A stretch of 64,000 nt of DNA from Candidatus Dormiibacterota bacterium (GCA_963709585.1 CAVPXI010000004.1:64001-128000); one strand, 5' to 3'. Positions 28,012-38,932 are shown, counted from the first letter of the stretch. Translations and numbers: made by a program. Notes: generated from the letters alone by a model not told the origin.

Positions 28012-31000
28012 ATGTCCGGGTTTGCTGAGCTCGCCGCCCGCTCCCACTACTCCTTCCTGGAGGGGGCCGCCTCGCCCAGGAAAATGGTCGAGACCGCTGC
28101 CCGGCTCGGGATCTCCGCGCTCGGCCTCTGTGATCGCAACGGCCTGTACGGAGCGGTCGAGCTGATCCAGGCGGCGAAGGCGCAGGGGATCCACCCGATC
28201 ATCGGGACCGAGCTGGAACTGGCCGGCGGCTCGCGACTCCGGCTACTCGCGCGCAGCCGCATCGGGTACCGCCAGCTGTGCCGAGCGGTGAGCGCTTCGC
28301 AGCTGGCCGGCGTCAAAGGTCAGCCGCGCCTTGAGATCGCCGGGATTGCGACGGGCGCTGTGCCTGTGAACTCGCGCGAGTGCGATCCGGACGGGTCCTG
28401 CCGTCGCGGGGACCGCCGGGCCCGTGCTCGGGTCAACTCGCACAGGCGGCGTCCCCCCGCGACGTCACCCCTCCGGATCTCCTGGGGCGGTAGTCTCCCG
28501 CCCGCATCCTTCTCAATCCCGGCAGCCTACTGTGCCGCCGCCCGAGCGCCCGGCAGCGCTTCGGCCGACGGCGGGACCTTTCCCTGCTGGGTGGCCGGGA
28601 TTGCCGTCGAGCACCTTGCTGGTTGAGAGTGAGCCGGCTCGGGTTGATCCTGCGGAGCTCGACGATTGCATCGCGCTCATCGGCGGGTCGCGCAGTGCTG
28701 TTGTCGATGCGCTGGTGCATGGGGATCGACGCGAGGCGCTCCGCCACGCGCAGCTGGTCAGGGAGTGCTTCGGACGCGACCGCACGGCGATGCTGGTGAG
28801 CAATCACCTGCATCCCGCGGATCGCTGGCTGGTCGCGGAATGCGCGGCGATCGCCCGGGCCGCGGACATCCCGCTGGTGGCGAGCGCCACCCCGGACCAC
28901 GCCACCGCCGGCGACAAGCCACTCCTCGACGTGCTCACCGCGATCCGCCACCGCACGACCCTCGACCAGGCGGCGGCACACGGTCTGCTCCTGCCCAACA
29001 GCGAGCACCGTCTTCATGGCGAGGCGGAGCTTCGCGCGCTGCTCCCCGACCTCCCCGAGGCGTTCGACAATGCGGCGCGCATCGCCGCCGCCTGCGAGGT
29101 GTCGCTCGACTTCAGCGATGTGCGCTTTCCGGGCTACCCGGTGCCGGAAGGGGAGACACCGTTCTCCGTGCTCTACGCCCTCTGCCAGGAAGCGGTGCAG
29201 CGCAAGTACCACCCCATGACTCGCGCCGTCGCCGCCCGGCTGCAACGCGAGCTCGACGTCATCGAGAAGACACGGCTTGCAGAGTTCTTCCTGATCACCT
29301 GGGATATCATGCGATTCGCCCGCGAGCGCGGCATCCCGGGACAGGGGCGCGGCAGCGCGGCGGACTCGATCGTCGCCTACCTGCTCGGCGTGACGCGTGT
29401 CGATCCGGTCGCGCACGACCTGCTCTTCGAGCGATTCCTGCACGAGGATCACCAGGGCACGCCCGACATCGACATCGACTTCTCCACCGACCATCGCGAG
29501 CAGGTGCTCCAGTACGTGTACGAGAAGTACGGCGCGGACCGCACCGGGATGGTGGCCAACGTGGTGACGTTCCGGCCGCGCATGGCGATCCGCCAGGTGG
29601 GCGCGGCAATGGGCTTTCCGGAAACCGTGATCGACAAGCTCAGCACGCACACCGATAGCTGGTACCTGGCGGATATCGAACTCAACGCTCGCCTCGGCCG
29701 ATGCGGTACCCAACCATGCGTGGCAGCAGTTCCTCGAAGTCCTCCGCCGGATCGAGGGCACACCGAGACACCTCAGTATTCATGTCGGCGGGATGCTCGT
29801 CACCGGCGAGCCGCTTGTCGACGTCGTGCCGGTGGAACGGGCAACCATGCCGGGACGGGTCGTCGTGCAATTCGACAAGGACGACATCGAGGATCTCGGG
29901 CTCATCAAGATGGATCTGCTCGGGCTGCGCACGCTGTCGGCGATCGCGGAGTGTCTCGATCTCATCGAGCAGACCACTGGCCGGCGGCCCGACCTCGACG
30001 CGCTGTCCCTGGAAGACCAGCGCGTCTACGACGTGATCTGCAAGGTCGACACCATCGGGCTCTTCCAGATCGAGTCGCGCGCCCAGCAGCAATCGCTGTG
30101 GCAGTCGCAGCCGCGCTGCTTCAACGATCTGATCGTGCAGGTGGCGATCATCCGCCCCGGCCCCATCCAGGGCGATGCGGTCCATCCCTACCTCCGCCGC
30201 CGCCAGGGGCTCGAGCCGGTGACCTATCTGCACCCCAAGTTAGAGCCGATTCTGGCTGAAACGTGCGGGGTCGTCCTGTACCAGGAGCAGATCCTGCGCA
30301 TCGTCATGGAGATCGCCGAATACACCGCCGGTGAAGCGGATCGATTTCGCCGTGCGATGAACCGGCACCGGTCACGGGTGGAGATGGAGGAGCTGCGCGC
30401 GGGCTTCATCCGTCGCTGCGTCGAGCACGACCTCGATGAGGCGGTGGCGCAGCAGATCTTCAAGAGCGTCGCCGGCTTCGCGGAGTTCGGCTTCTGCAAG
30501 TCGCATGCTGCGGCGTTCGCGCGCACCGCGTACGAGACGGCGTGGCTGCGCCTCACCTACCCGGCGCACTACACGTGCGCGCTGCTCAACGCGCAACCGA
30601 TGGGCTTCTACCACCCGTCGGTGCTCGTCGACGACGCCAAGCGGCATGGGGTCAAGATCCTGCCGGTCGACGTCACCAAAAGCCGGGCACGCTGCCTCGT
30701 CGAAGCAGTCGGGCCGGCGGAGTTCGGGATCCGGCTCGGGTTCGCATACGTGCGCGGACTGGGCCCGTCTGCGCGCACCGCCTGCGATGACGCGGTGGTC
30801 GCCGGGGCCAACACCTCGGCGGCCGCTTTCTGGAGGCATACGCTCCTGCCCCGGGTCGCGATGGAGAACCTCATCCGCGTCGGCGCCTTCGACGCCGTGG
30901 CCGCCGGCCGGTCGCGCCGTCAGCTGCTCTGGACGCTGAAGGAGACCGATGAGTCGCTGCCACCCCGGAAACGCCGGAGAGCGACCGTCGCGCCGGCCGA

Positions 31001-31616
31001 TCAATCGGTCATCGCCGCGGCTGTGGTGACCGGTCCTCCACGGGGCAGTGGCGCGATCGCCGGCAACCGCCTCGGCGACGCACCGCACGCACCACACGAT
31101 CCCAGCACCGACCCGGTGCCGCCCCTGGTATCGCTGCCAGCGCCGCCACCGCCGCTGCCCGAGATGGACGAGCGCACCCGGGTGAACATCGAGTACGCGC
31201 TCACTGAGGTGAGCACCGGTCCCCACCTGGTGTCGTTCATGCGCGAACGGCTCACCGCGCTCGGGTGCGTGCCGCTCCGCAAGGTGCGAGACCTCGGGGA
31301 CGGCACCAGGATCCGCGTCGCCGGCCTGGTCATCACCCGCCAGCAGCCGTCGACGGCGCGCGGCTTCCGGTTCTTCACCCTGGCGGACGAGGATGCCCAC
31401 CTCGACCTGGTGTTCCGGCCTCCAGTGGTGCAACGGACGCTCGAGGTGAGCCGCCATCCGCTGCTCCTGGTCGACGGCCGGCTCCAGGTCGAGCACGGCC
31501 GGGTCAACGTCCTCGTCGAGACGGTGACCGCGCTCACCCCGGACGGCGACCCGATCGCCCGCCCAGGCCCGACGCCACCCGAGACTGGCTTGCCCGGTTC
31601 CCACGACTACCGCTGA
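28012..31616 (+). CDS. dnaE2: Error-prone DNA polymerase DnaE2/ImuC (two apparent frameshifts)
   Basis: SHYSFLEGA PHP motif, GRGSAADS, PDIDIDF, KMDLLGL, GFCKSHAAAFA, QPMGFY, OB fold, C-terminal SHDYR; spread over three frames. Confidence 0.9.
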
Positions 31617-31650
31617 CCCGACTGCCAATGCCATACGCGCTGGATCCGTC

Positions 31651-31690
31651 GTGACACATCCGTGACACTCCGGCAGCAGTGCCCTGACAT
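31651..31690. promoter_or_regulatory. 11-bp-phased direct repeats (OmpR/PhoB-type site candidate)
   Basis: GTGACAC at 31651 and 31662, CTGACAT at 31684. Confidence 0.35.
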
Positions 31691-31770
31691 CGCTCGTGTG
31701 GCCCGCGACCGCCGTCATAGGCTGCGGGCATCTCGATGACAACGCCGCGCGCCGCGCGTGATGGGAGACG

Positions 31771-32526
31771 ATGACCGATCACACCCCCGAGAACGGCGGA
31801 ACTCCGCCGCCGTTCAAGAAGGTCGAGGACCAAGCGCACTTCGAACGCGCCCCGGCGCCGCGCGAACCGACGCGGGACACCGGCGATCCCAACCTGGCCT
31901 TCGAGGCCGCCCCGCGCATGGCGCTCCCGCCGGCCACCACCGCCGACCCTCGGGCGCTGAGCACGCCGCCGCCCGCGCCGCCGGGACCCGTGGCTCCGTT
32001 GCCGTCATTCGAAGCGGTCCCGAAGCCACCCCCAACCGCGGCGCCGCCGTTGAAATTGCCCGCATTCGAGGCCGTCCCGGCCTCGGTCGCCGTCGCTCAG
32101 CAGCGACTCTCGAAACCCACCATCGGGATCCGTCCAGAGGCCGTCGACGTCGCCGGCCCGTTGAGTTCCGGCGGTTCCGGATGGAACATCCGCCGACGCG
32201 AGGCGTGGAGGCCGAAGCGTGGACACCCAGCGCCGGCGGGCGGCCCCGCCTGGCAGACCAGGACGCTCCCGAACGCCAACCGAGATCGATCGGCGTGGAT
32301 GGTGCCGGAAGCCAAGCGGATCCGCACGATCTCCCGCCGCCGCGTGGTCGGGACCGCGCTCGTGCTGGTCCTCGTGGCGATCGTGGCGTTCGCCGCCTAC
32401 CTGTGGTTTGCCGGGCAGGCCCATCCCGCTCACACCAGCAGGACTTCGTCGGCGGTCGGCGCGCTCACCGCGATCCACACGCCGGTGACCCCGTCGAGCT
32501 GGTCATGGACGGTGCCCACCCGCTGA
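31771..32526 (+). CDS. Pro-rich hypothetical membrane protein
   Basis: GGGAGA SD; Pro-rich N-terminus, RRR plus TM near the C-terminus. Confidence 0.7.
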   Translation: MTDHTPENGGTPPPFKKVEDQAHFERAPAPREPTRDTGDPNLAFEAAPRMALPPATTADPRALSTPPPAPPGPVAPLPSFEAVPKPPPTAAPPLKLPAFEAVPASVAVAQQRLSKPTIGIRPEAVDVAGPLSSGGSGWNIRRREAWRPKRGHPAPAGGPAWQTRTLPNANRDRSAWMVPEAKRIRTISRRRVVGTALVLVLVAIVAFAAYLWFAGQAHPAHTSRTSSAVGALTAIHTPVTPSSWSWTVPTR

Positions 32527-32559
32527 CTTGCTCTGCGCCGACGATCGCGGCGTCTGAAC

Positions 32560-33219
32560 TCAGCGGCGCACGCCTCTGGAAGTCTGGACGACGACACTCG
32601 CCGGCAACGCCGGGTCCGCGACGAGGGCATCCGCCCGTGGTGCGCCGAACGCCAGGCTCAGTGGTATCTCGCCAGCCCACACAGGCAGACTTCGGTCCGC
32701 AGCGCCGTCGATGGGTGGCCCACTGCGCACCTTGGTCGATAGGTGATCGAGGGGAAGCTCCAGCACAAGAGTCGTGGCGATCTCCTTGACGCTGGGCTGG
32801 CGCACCTCGGCCCAGCGACCCGGCAGCACGTGCTCCACCAAGCAGCGCATGGCTGCGAGCTTGGCGTCCGGATCGCCAATCTCCAAAGCCCTGCCGGCGA
32901 TCACCACGGACCGGTAGTTCATGGAGTGCGAGAACGCGGAGCGAGCGAGCACCAAGCCGTCGAGCAACGTGACCGTCACCGACACGTCAATGCCGCCGGC
33001 CAGACCGCGAAGCATTCGGCTTGCCGGCGATCCGTGAAGATAGAGCAACTCGCCCTGTCGGGCGTACATGGTCGGGATGACCCATGGACGGCCCCCAACG
33101 ACGAACCCGACGTGGCAGATCAGCCCCTCATCGAGGATGGCGCGGGCAACGGCGCGGTCCGCCACCGCGCGCTCAGGGTGGCGCTCAACCTTTAGGGATG
33201 GTGCTAGATCGTCGCTCAT
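32560..33219 (-). CDS. Pyridoxamine 5'-phosphate oxidase-like flavin-binding protein
   Basis: ILDEGLICHVGF, LYLHGSPASRM, DGLVLARSAFSHSMNYRSV. Confidence 0.9.
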   Translation of the reverse strand: MSDDLAPSLKVERHPERAVADRAVARAILDEGLICHVGFVVGGRPWVIPTMYARQGELLYLHGSPASRMLRGLAGGIDVSVTVTLLDGLVLARSAFSHSMNYRSVVIAGRALEIGDPDAKLAAMRCLVEHVLPGRWAEVRQPSVKEIATTLVLELPLDHLSTKVRSGPPIDGAADRSLPVWAGEIPLSLAFGAPRADALVADPALPASVVVQTSRGVRR

Positions 33220-33370
33220 GACCCAACCTTTGTATCACTACGAACTGCGTAACGTTGCAGAACAAGCCTACCAAAGAGAGCGTTCGTCCGATCAGCGTCA
33301 TACCCCGGGCCCCCTCAAGCTGAAGACGTTATGCCCCAGCCAACGCGAGCGCCGGCCGACTGAGCATGCA

Positions 33371-34204
33371 GTGGTGATCGCTGAGCGCGCCCTGTCGAAT
33401 CGCCTTACCGGCATCACCGACCGCCGACGCATCGCGGTGGTGCAGGTCCGTGGCGCGATCGGAGGCGCGGCGCGCACTGATGATCTGATCCAGGCGCTCG
33501 GCCATGCGCGCCGGAGCGCGAGGATCCGCGCCGTTCTCCTCGAGATCGACTTACCCGGCGGCACCGCGATCGCGTCCGAGCAGCTGTACGTCGCGGTGCG
33601 GCGGCTCGCCGCGGGCAAGCCGGTGGTCGCATGGATCAAGGGTGTCGGAGCCTCGGGCGCGTACTTCCTGGCGTGCGCGGCGACACGTGTGCTCGCGTTT
33701 CCAAGCGCGCTGGTCGGGTCGATCGGGGTCATCAGCGTCCGCCCGGTCGTGGTCGACGCGCTCCGCCGCGCCGGCGCACGCGTCGTTGTCACCAAGACGG
33801 GCCCATTCAAGGATCTCGGCGCGCCCTGGCGGGAGCCCAGCGACGAGGACCAGGCGCACGAGCGCGAGCTCGTCGACGCCATCTTCCGGCGCTTCACCGG
33901 CGCGGTGCGAGCGGCCCGCGGCTACGACGACGAGGCCCTCGCGAGGGTCACCACAGGCGAGGTGTGGCTCGGCACCCGCGCCGCCGAGCTCGGGCTGATC
34001 GACGGGCTTGCCGATGACGAGGACACCGCCCTCGTGGCTGCCCAGGACCTGGCTTCCCTGCCGCATCACCTGACGGTCAGGCTCGGCGGGCGGCGCACAC
34101 TCCTGCAACGGCTGGGCGTCCCCGGCGCCGGCATGGGCCCGCCCGGCGAACGCTGGCTCGTCGAGATGGAGAGCTGGCTCGGCACGCCGAGGCTGCGCGC
34201 CTGA
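33371..34204 (+). CDS. sppA: S49 family peptidase (SppA-like)
   Basis: ID.PGG, ASGAYFLA, VGSIGVI, TGEVWLG..A.ELGLID; start approximate. Confidence 0.88.
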   Translation: MVIAERALSNRLTGITDRRRIAVVQVRGAIGGAARTDDLIQALGHARRSARIRAVLLEIDLPGGTAIASEQLYVAVRRLAAGKPVVAWIKGVGASGAYFLACAATRVLAFPSALVGSIGVISVRPVVVDALRRAGARVVVTKTGPFKDLGAPWREPSDEDQAHERELVDAIFRRFTGAVRAARGYDDEALARVTTGEVWLGTRAAELGLIDGLADDEDTALVAAQDLASLPHHLTVRLGGRRTLLQRLGVPGAGMGPPGERWLVEMESWLGTPRLRA

Positions 34205-34222
34205 GGGTCGTCTCGGACGCGA

Positions 34223-34924
34223 TCAGCGGGCGGCGCCGCGGCGGCGGTCGAGGCTGAAGAGCACCACCACCAGGACGACGAGCACGCCCACCAGTCCCCC
34301 GATGATGGCCACCCCGGGGATGCCGCCGGCGGCCGCTGGAGGCGTCGTGCCGTTGCCCCCCGGCCGTACAGCGGCGAAGTCACCCAGCTGGATCGAGGTC
34401 ACTTCGAAGGTGTTGCCGCAGCCGGCGTTCAAAGTGGACACCGGCGTCCACGAGGTGCCGTTGAAACGATCGATGGTGGGCGCCGGGATCGATGTCAGGC
34501 CGCGCAGGATGATGAACACGGCCAGCGATGGCGATGGCTCGAGCTCGGTGCCGGACGGATCGACCGCCGAGAACCGGTAGACGTTGCCTTCGATGCTGCC
34601 GTTCGGGGGCTTGGTGGCGGGTGCCGGCACCGGGGTGATGCTCACGGTCACCGGGGTCGAGTTGTCGAAGGTTCCGGCTTCCATGAGGATCGTGGCCTGG
34701 GGTGGGGTCTCGCCGGTGAGCACCTGCGACGGGGGGAAGCTGGCGGCCTTGGGAAAGGTCCTGCTCGCGGGCTGTGGGGCCGGACTGCCGCCCAGGGTCA
34801 CGTAGGGGTTGGCGATGCACTGCCCGTCATAGATCGGCGGCGAACCGGCGGGAAGGAACCGCCAGACCAGTGTCAGCGCGACCACCGAAGTGAGGATCAC
34901 AACCCAGCCCCGTCGCGCGGTCAC
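34223..34924 (-). CDS. Exported protein with C-terminal membrane anchor
   Basis: Signal peptide, PPIYDG, C-terminal GGIPGVAIIGGLVGVLVVLVVVLFSLDRRR; GTGA overlap with the CPBP gene. Confidence 0.75.
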   Translation of the reverse strand: MTARRGWVVILTSVVALTLVWRFLPAGSPPIYDGQCIANPYVTLGGSPAPQPASRTFPKAASFPPSQVLTGETPPQATILMEAGTFDNSTPVTVSITPVPAPATKPPNGSIEGNVYRFSAVDPSGTELEPSPSLAVFIILRGLTSIPAPTIDRFNGTSWTPVSTLNAGCGNTFEVTSIQLGDFAAVRPGGNGTTPPAAAGGIPGVAIIGGLVGVLVVLVVVLFSLDRRRGAAR

Positions 34925-35520
34925 AGCAACCACCCGCCCGCGAGGTCGGCGATGACGTGGGCCACCGCAGGGGCGAGGACGCCGCCGCTCACGATGCGCA
35001 GCCCGCCGAGGAGCATCCCGGCGGCGAGATCGAGCGGCAGCGAACCGATGCCGTAGAGGGGCACGTGCATCGCCGCGAAAAGCAGCGTGGTGGCGACCAG
35101 GGCTCCACGGTCGCCGCCAAAGGATCGGACGGTGTCGAAGAGCGCCCCACGCAGCGCCACCTCCTCGCTGACAGCGACCAGCGTGACCACCGGCGTCCAG
35201 AGGGCCAGACCCGCGTTGACCGGGGCCACCTGGATGCCGGGGCCGCCATGCGCGACAACCCACGTCGCGATCAGGGTTCCGCCTCCGGCAGCCCCGAGCG
35301 CGACGGCGGCCATCCTGGGTCGCGCCGGACGCCATCCGGCGGCAACCGCGACCGCCAGCAGCGCAACCGCGAACCCAACGCCTGCCGGCATCGAAGCGGC
35401 GGTGTACGGCGCGCCGAGGGCGCTGCGCAGCGCGGCGGCGGTGGCGATCCCGGCGATGCACAGCGCCGAGCGCGTCGCGCCACGCCCGCGGATCATGACC
35501 CGATCGCGTTCGGAAACCAA
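34921..35520 (-). CDS. CPBP (CAAX/Abi) intramembrane glutamic endopeptidase
   Basis: SEEVALRG, LFAAMH, AVAHVIAD motifs. Confidence 0.88.
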   Translation of the reverse strand: MVSERDRVMIRGRGATRSALCIAGIATAAALRSALGAPYTAASMPAGVGFAVALLAVAVAAGWRPARPRMAAVALGAAGGGTLIATWVVAHGGPGIQVAPVNAGLALWTPVVTLVAVSEEVALRGALFDTVRSFGGDRGALVATTLLFAAMHVPLYGIGSLPLDLAAGMLLGGLRIVSGGVLAPAVAHVIADLAGGWLL

Positions 35521-35540
35521 CGCCCCCGCCGCCGTCGGAG

Positions 35541-37083
35541 CTACCTCGCCGGTCCGGGCGCGGCTCGCGCCGGGGCAACCTCAGGTCGGCCCGGCTGGTC
35601 GCTCGAGGCGGCGGTCAGGAGCGGCTCGATCGCGGCCACCGCCAGGGTCGCGGTCTCGAGTGCGGCCGCCTCGAAACCACCGGGTGCGAAGCGTTCGCAC
35701 ACCACCACCGCGGCGACCTGGTCGTCACGAACCACCGGGAGCAGCAGCCGCGAGGCCGTCTCGATGTTGGATCGCCGCTGCGCGCGATACGACGCCGCCT
35801 CGGTCACCAGCACCGGCCGCCGGTGGGCGATGACATGCGCGAGCAGGCCGTCGGGCAGGCCGGAGGAGGCGTCACCCCGCGCCGGAAGGAGATACGCGCG
35901 GTCTGCACCGACCTCGTTGGCGAGGCGGGCGAGGCCGCCTTGCACGCCGTGGTCGATTGCGACCGACGCCCACATCGACGGGCTGTGGTGGAGGTGCGCC
36001 CGGTTGACCAGGCCGTTCAGCAGCATCGCCACCAATGCCGCCGCAAGACCGGCGATCACACTCGCGACCCCGATGTCGAGGAGCACGGCGTAGACGCAGA
36101 ACATGACGCACCCGCTCAGCAGTGCGAACTCCAGGTAGTGACGCGGCCCCCCGCCGCCGCGACGCTGGTCCCCGAAGGTCAGGCGCCAGTTCAGCGCGGT
36201 GTTCCAGGCCGCGCTCAGCCCGAAGGCCGGGATGAAGGCGATGAGCGGGTTCAGACGCACAATCCCGGCGAGGATCGCGAGCACAGGTAGGAACACGCAC
36301 AGCCCGCTAAGCCCGACCAGCCCGAACTTCCACACCCGTGCCGATCCCGGGACGTCGAAGAAGAGTGACCTGAGGTGGCGCAGGTAGAGCAGCCCCTGCC
36401 GAGCCGTCGCCTTGCTCACTCCTTCCGCGCGTGCTGCCTGGGTCACCGGGACATCGACGACGCGCAGGGCGGGAACGCAGACGAGGAGCTCGAGGAGGAT
36501 CTTGAATCCCACCGGCCGGAACTCGATGCCGTCGATCAACGCGCGCCAGGCACAGGAAAAAGCCCGAGAGCGGGTCGGAGCTCTGGCGCGCCTCCTTGAA
36601 CAGCAGGCGCGCGACGTCCGTGGCCGCGCGGCTCACCAGACGTCGCACCGGGGTGCCGAGGCCCTCATGGCTCCCGCCTGGCGCGTAGCGGCTCGCGACC
36701 ACGAGATCCGCGCCGCGTTCGGCCTCGCCGAGCAGCACCGGGATGAGCTCGGGCGGATGCTGCAGGTCGGCGTCCATGACGCAGACATACAGCCCGCGAG
36801 CCATGTGCAGCCCGGCGACGACCGCCGTGCTCAGGCCGCCCTTGCGGTCGGCTCCCTGACGGAGGAGGCAGCGGATCGACGGGTTGGACTGGGCCAGGTC
36901 GAGGAGCAGATCCCCGGTGCCGTCGTCGCTGTCGTCGACAAAGCAGATCTCGAACGGAGTGGCGGCGAGTGCGGCGGTGACCCTGCCGACCAGGGGTTGG
37001 ATGTTGTTCGCCTCGTTGCGGGTCGGAACGACGAGGCTGACGACTGGCGCGCCGCCGCGCGGCCGTTCGGGGGTCACGGGCAA
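35541..37083 (-). CDS. GT2 (polyprenol-P-mannose synthase-like) fused to GtrA and a GAF-like domain (frameshift near 36545)
   Basis: VVPTRNEA, VDDSDD, MDADLQHPPE, DPLSGFF, then GFKILLE, KFGLVGLSG, LNWRLTF in the second frame. Confidence 0.82.
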
Positions 37084-37144
37084 AGAATAGGCGCGAAACC
37101 CCGCGACGGCGAAACGCCGGGCGATCGGCGGTCGCGCGAATCGC

Positions 37145-37696
37145 TCAGAGGCTGGCCGCGACGAGCAGCGCGATCAGGATGAACAGCAGCACCGCGTCGG
37201 GCAGCATCGCCAGCGCGACCGCGACGAACGGGGTCACGTCGAACACCGAGTACACGGCGAGCGCAGTCAGATAGAGAAACCAGGCGAGCAACGGCAGGGT
37301 CAGCCAGGCGATCAGCAACTCGGCGACGCTGCCAGCGCCGGCGGCGGCTTCGATGACGGAAAGGAGCGCGTAGGCGATCCAGGGGATGAACGTGAACCCG
37401 CTCACCGCCAGGTAGCGGCGCCACCGGCCCGATCGTGCAGACAGTCCCGCCGCGGCATCGATGATCAGCGCGGCGGCGACCCAGTAGACAAGAAAGAGCA
37501 GCGGGAGCAGTAGGGAGGCCACCGTTCCCGCACCGCCCCCGCCCCCGATCTGGTTGGCGAGCAAGCCGAGCGCGAGCGCGATGACCGCGCTGCCCACGAC
37601 CGCGGCAAAGCCGAGCGCGAGGCGCGGCGAACCCGCGAGTGCGGCGAAGGCGCTTCTCGGCCGGACCACGACCCCGATCACCGTCACGGGCACCAC
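37145..37696 (-). CDS. Yip1-domain membrane protein
   Basis: VVVRPRSAFAAL N-terminus, 5 TM, GFTFIPW. Confidence 0.7.
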   Translation of the reverse strand: MVPVTVIGVVVRPRSAFAALAGSPRLALGFAAVVGSAVIALALGLLANQIGGGGGAGTVASLLLPLLFLVYWVAAALIIDAAAGLSARSGRWRRYLAVSGFTFIPWIAYALLSVIEAAAGAGSVAELLIAWLTLPLLAWFLYLTALAVYSVFDVTPFVAVALAMLPDAVLLFILIALLVAASL

Positions 37697-37763
37697 GGTA
37701 GACGACGCACCCTGGGGTGTGACCCGGGGCGCCGGGAGTAGCGGCGCACCCTGTTATACTTGC

Positions 37764-37782
37764 TTAGGTCAATCTGACCTAA
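37764..37782. promoter_or_regulatory. NrtR-type operator upstream of nadA
   Basis: TTAGGTCA-ATC-TGACCTAA palindrome with GT-N7-AC core, right after -10 TATACT (37755-37760). Confidence 0.7.
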
Positions 37783-37818
37783 ATCCACAGACCCTGTGCA
37801 AACAGGACAGGTGGCGGG

Positions 37819-38826
37819 GTGATCACAGCAGAGCGGGACGTTGCCACAGAGGACCGGGCCAGGCTTCTGGACCGGATCGAGCGGTTGCGACACGAGCGCA
37901 ACGCGGTGATCCTGGCGCACAACTACCAGCGTCCCGAGGTCCAGGACATCGCCGACTTCGTCGGCGATTCGCTCGGTCTCTCGCAGCAGGCAGCCGCCAC
38001 CGACGCATCGGTGATCGTCTTCTGCGGCGTCCATTTCATGGCCGAGACCGCGGCGATCCTTTCACCCACGAAAACGGTGCTCCTGCCCGATCTCGAGGCA
38101 GGCTGCTCGCTCGCCGCAACCATCGACGCTGACCAGCTGCGCGCGTGGCGGGCTCAGCACCCCGGAGCGGTCGTCGTCTCGTACGTCAACACCACCGCTG
38201 AGGTCAAGGCCCTCTCCGACTACTGCTGCACCTCCTCGAACGCCGAGGCGGTGATTCGATCGATCCCGCCGGACCGGGAGATCCTCTTCTGCCCCGACAT
38301 GTTCCTCGGCGCCCACCTGGAGCGGGTCACCGGTCGCACGTTGCACGTCTGGATGGGGGAGTGCCACGTGCATGCCGGCATCGTCCCCGAGCGGCTCGAC
38401 GCGATGCGCCGCGAGCACCCGGACGCCGAGTTGCTCATCCACCCCGAATGCGGGTGCACGTCATCGACGCTGTATCGCATGTCATCCGGCGACATCACCG
38501 GCCCGGCAACGGTGGTGACCTCCACCGAGGGCATGGTCAGGCGGGCGGCCGATTCCCCCGCGTCGACCTTCATCGTCGCCACCGAGGTCGGCATCCTCCA
38601 CCGCATGCGCGAGCAGTCGCCGGGCAAGCGCTTCCTGGCGGCGTCCGAGGCCGCCGTCTGCCCCTACATGAAGAAGATCACCCTCGAGAAGGTGGCGCGT
38701 TCCCTCGAGGTCATGGGACCGCGAGTGACCGTCGACCCTGCTGTCGCCGCCCAGGCGAGAGGCGCCATCGATCGGATGCTCGCGATCGCCCCGACCGGCG
38801 CTCCCCGGATCTCGACCGCGGCCTGA
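37819..38826 (+). CDS. nadA: Quinolinate synthase
   Basis: ILAHNYQ, GDSLGLS, CGVHFMAETA, AGCSLA, GECHVH, HPEC, CPYMK. Confidence 0.97.
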   Translation: MITAERDVATEDRARLLDRIERLRHERNAVILAHNYQRPEVQDIADFVGDSLGLSQQAAATDASVIVFCGVHFMAETAAILSPTKTVLLPDLEAGCSLAATIDADQLRAWRAQHPGAVVVSYVNTTAEVKALSDYCCTSSNAEAVIRSIPPDREILFCPDMFLGAHLERVTGRTLHVWMGECHVHAGIVPERLDAMRREHPDAELLIHPECGCTSSTLYRMSSGDITGPATVVTSTEGMVRRAADSPASTFIVATEVGILHRMREQSPGKRFLAASEAAVCPYMKKITLEKVARSLEVMGPRVTVDPAVAAQARGAIDRMLAIAPTGAPRISTAA

Positions 38827-38932
38827 GCGCCGGCACGTCCACGGGGCTGACGCCTATGTCAGCATCCCTCGCGTGTGCGATTCCCCCGAGGTGCGCGAGT
38901 GCCGAACCGGTCGTGCGAGACCGGCAATGGGC

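Noticed and set aside
28012-31616. Programmed frameshifting or intein in dnaE2
   Set aside because: No slippery site or intein terminal motifs seen; similar indels occur throughout the window
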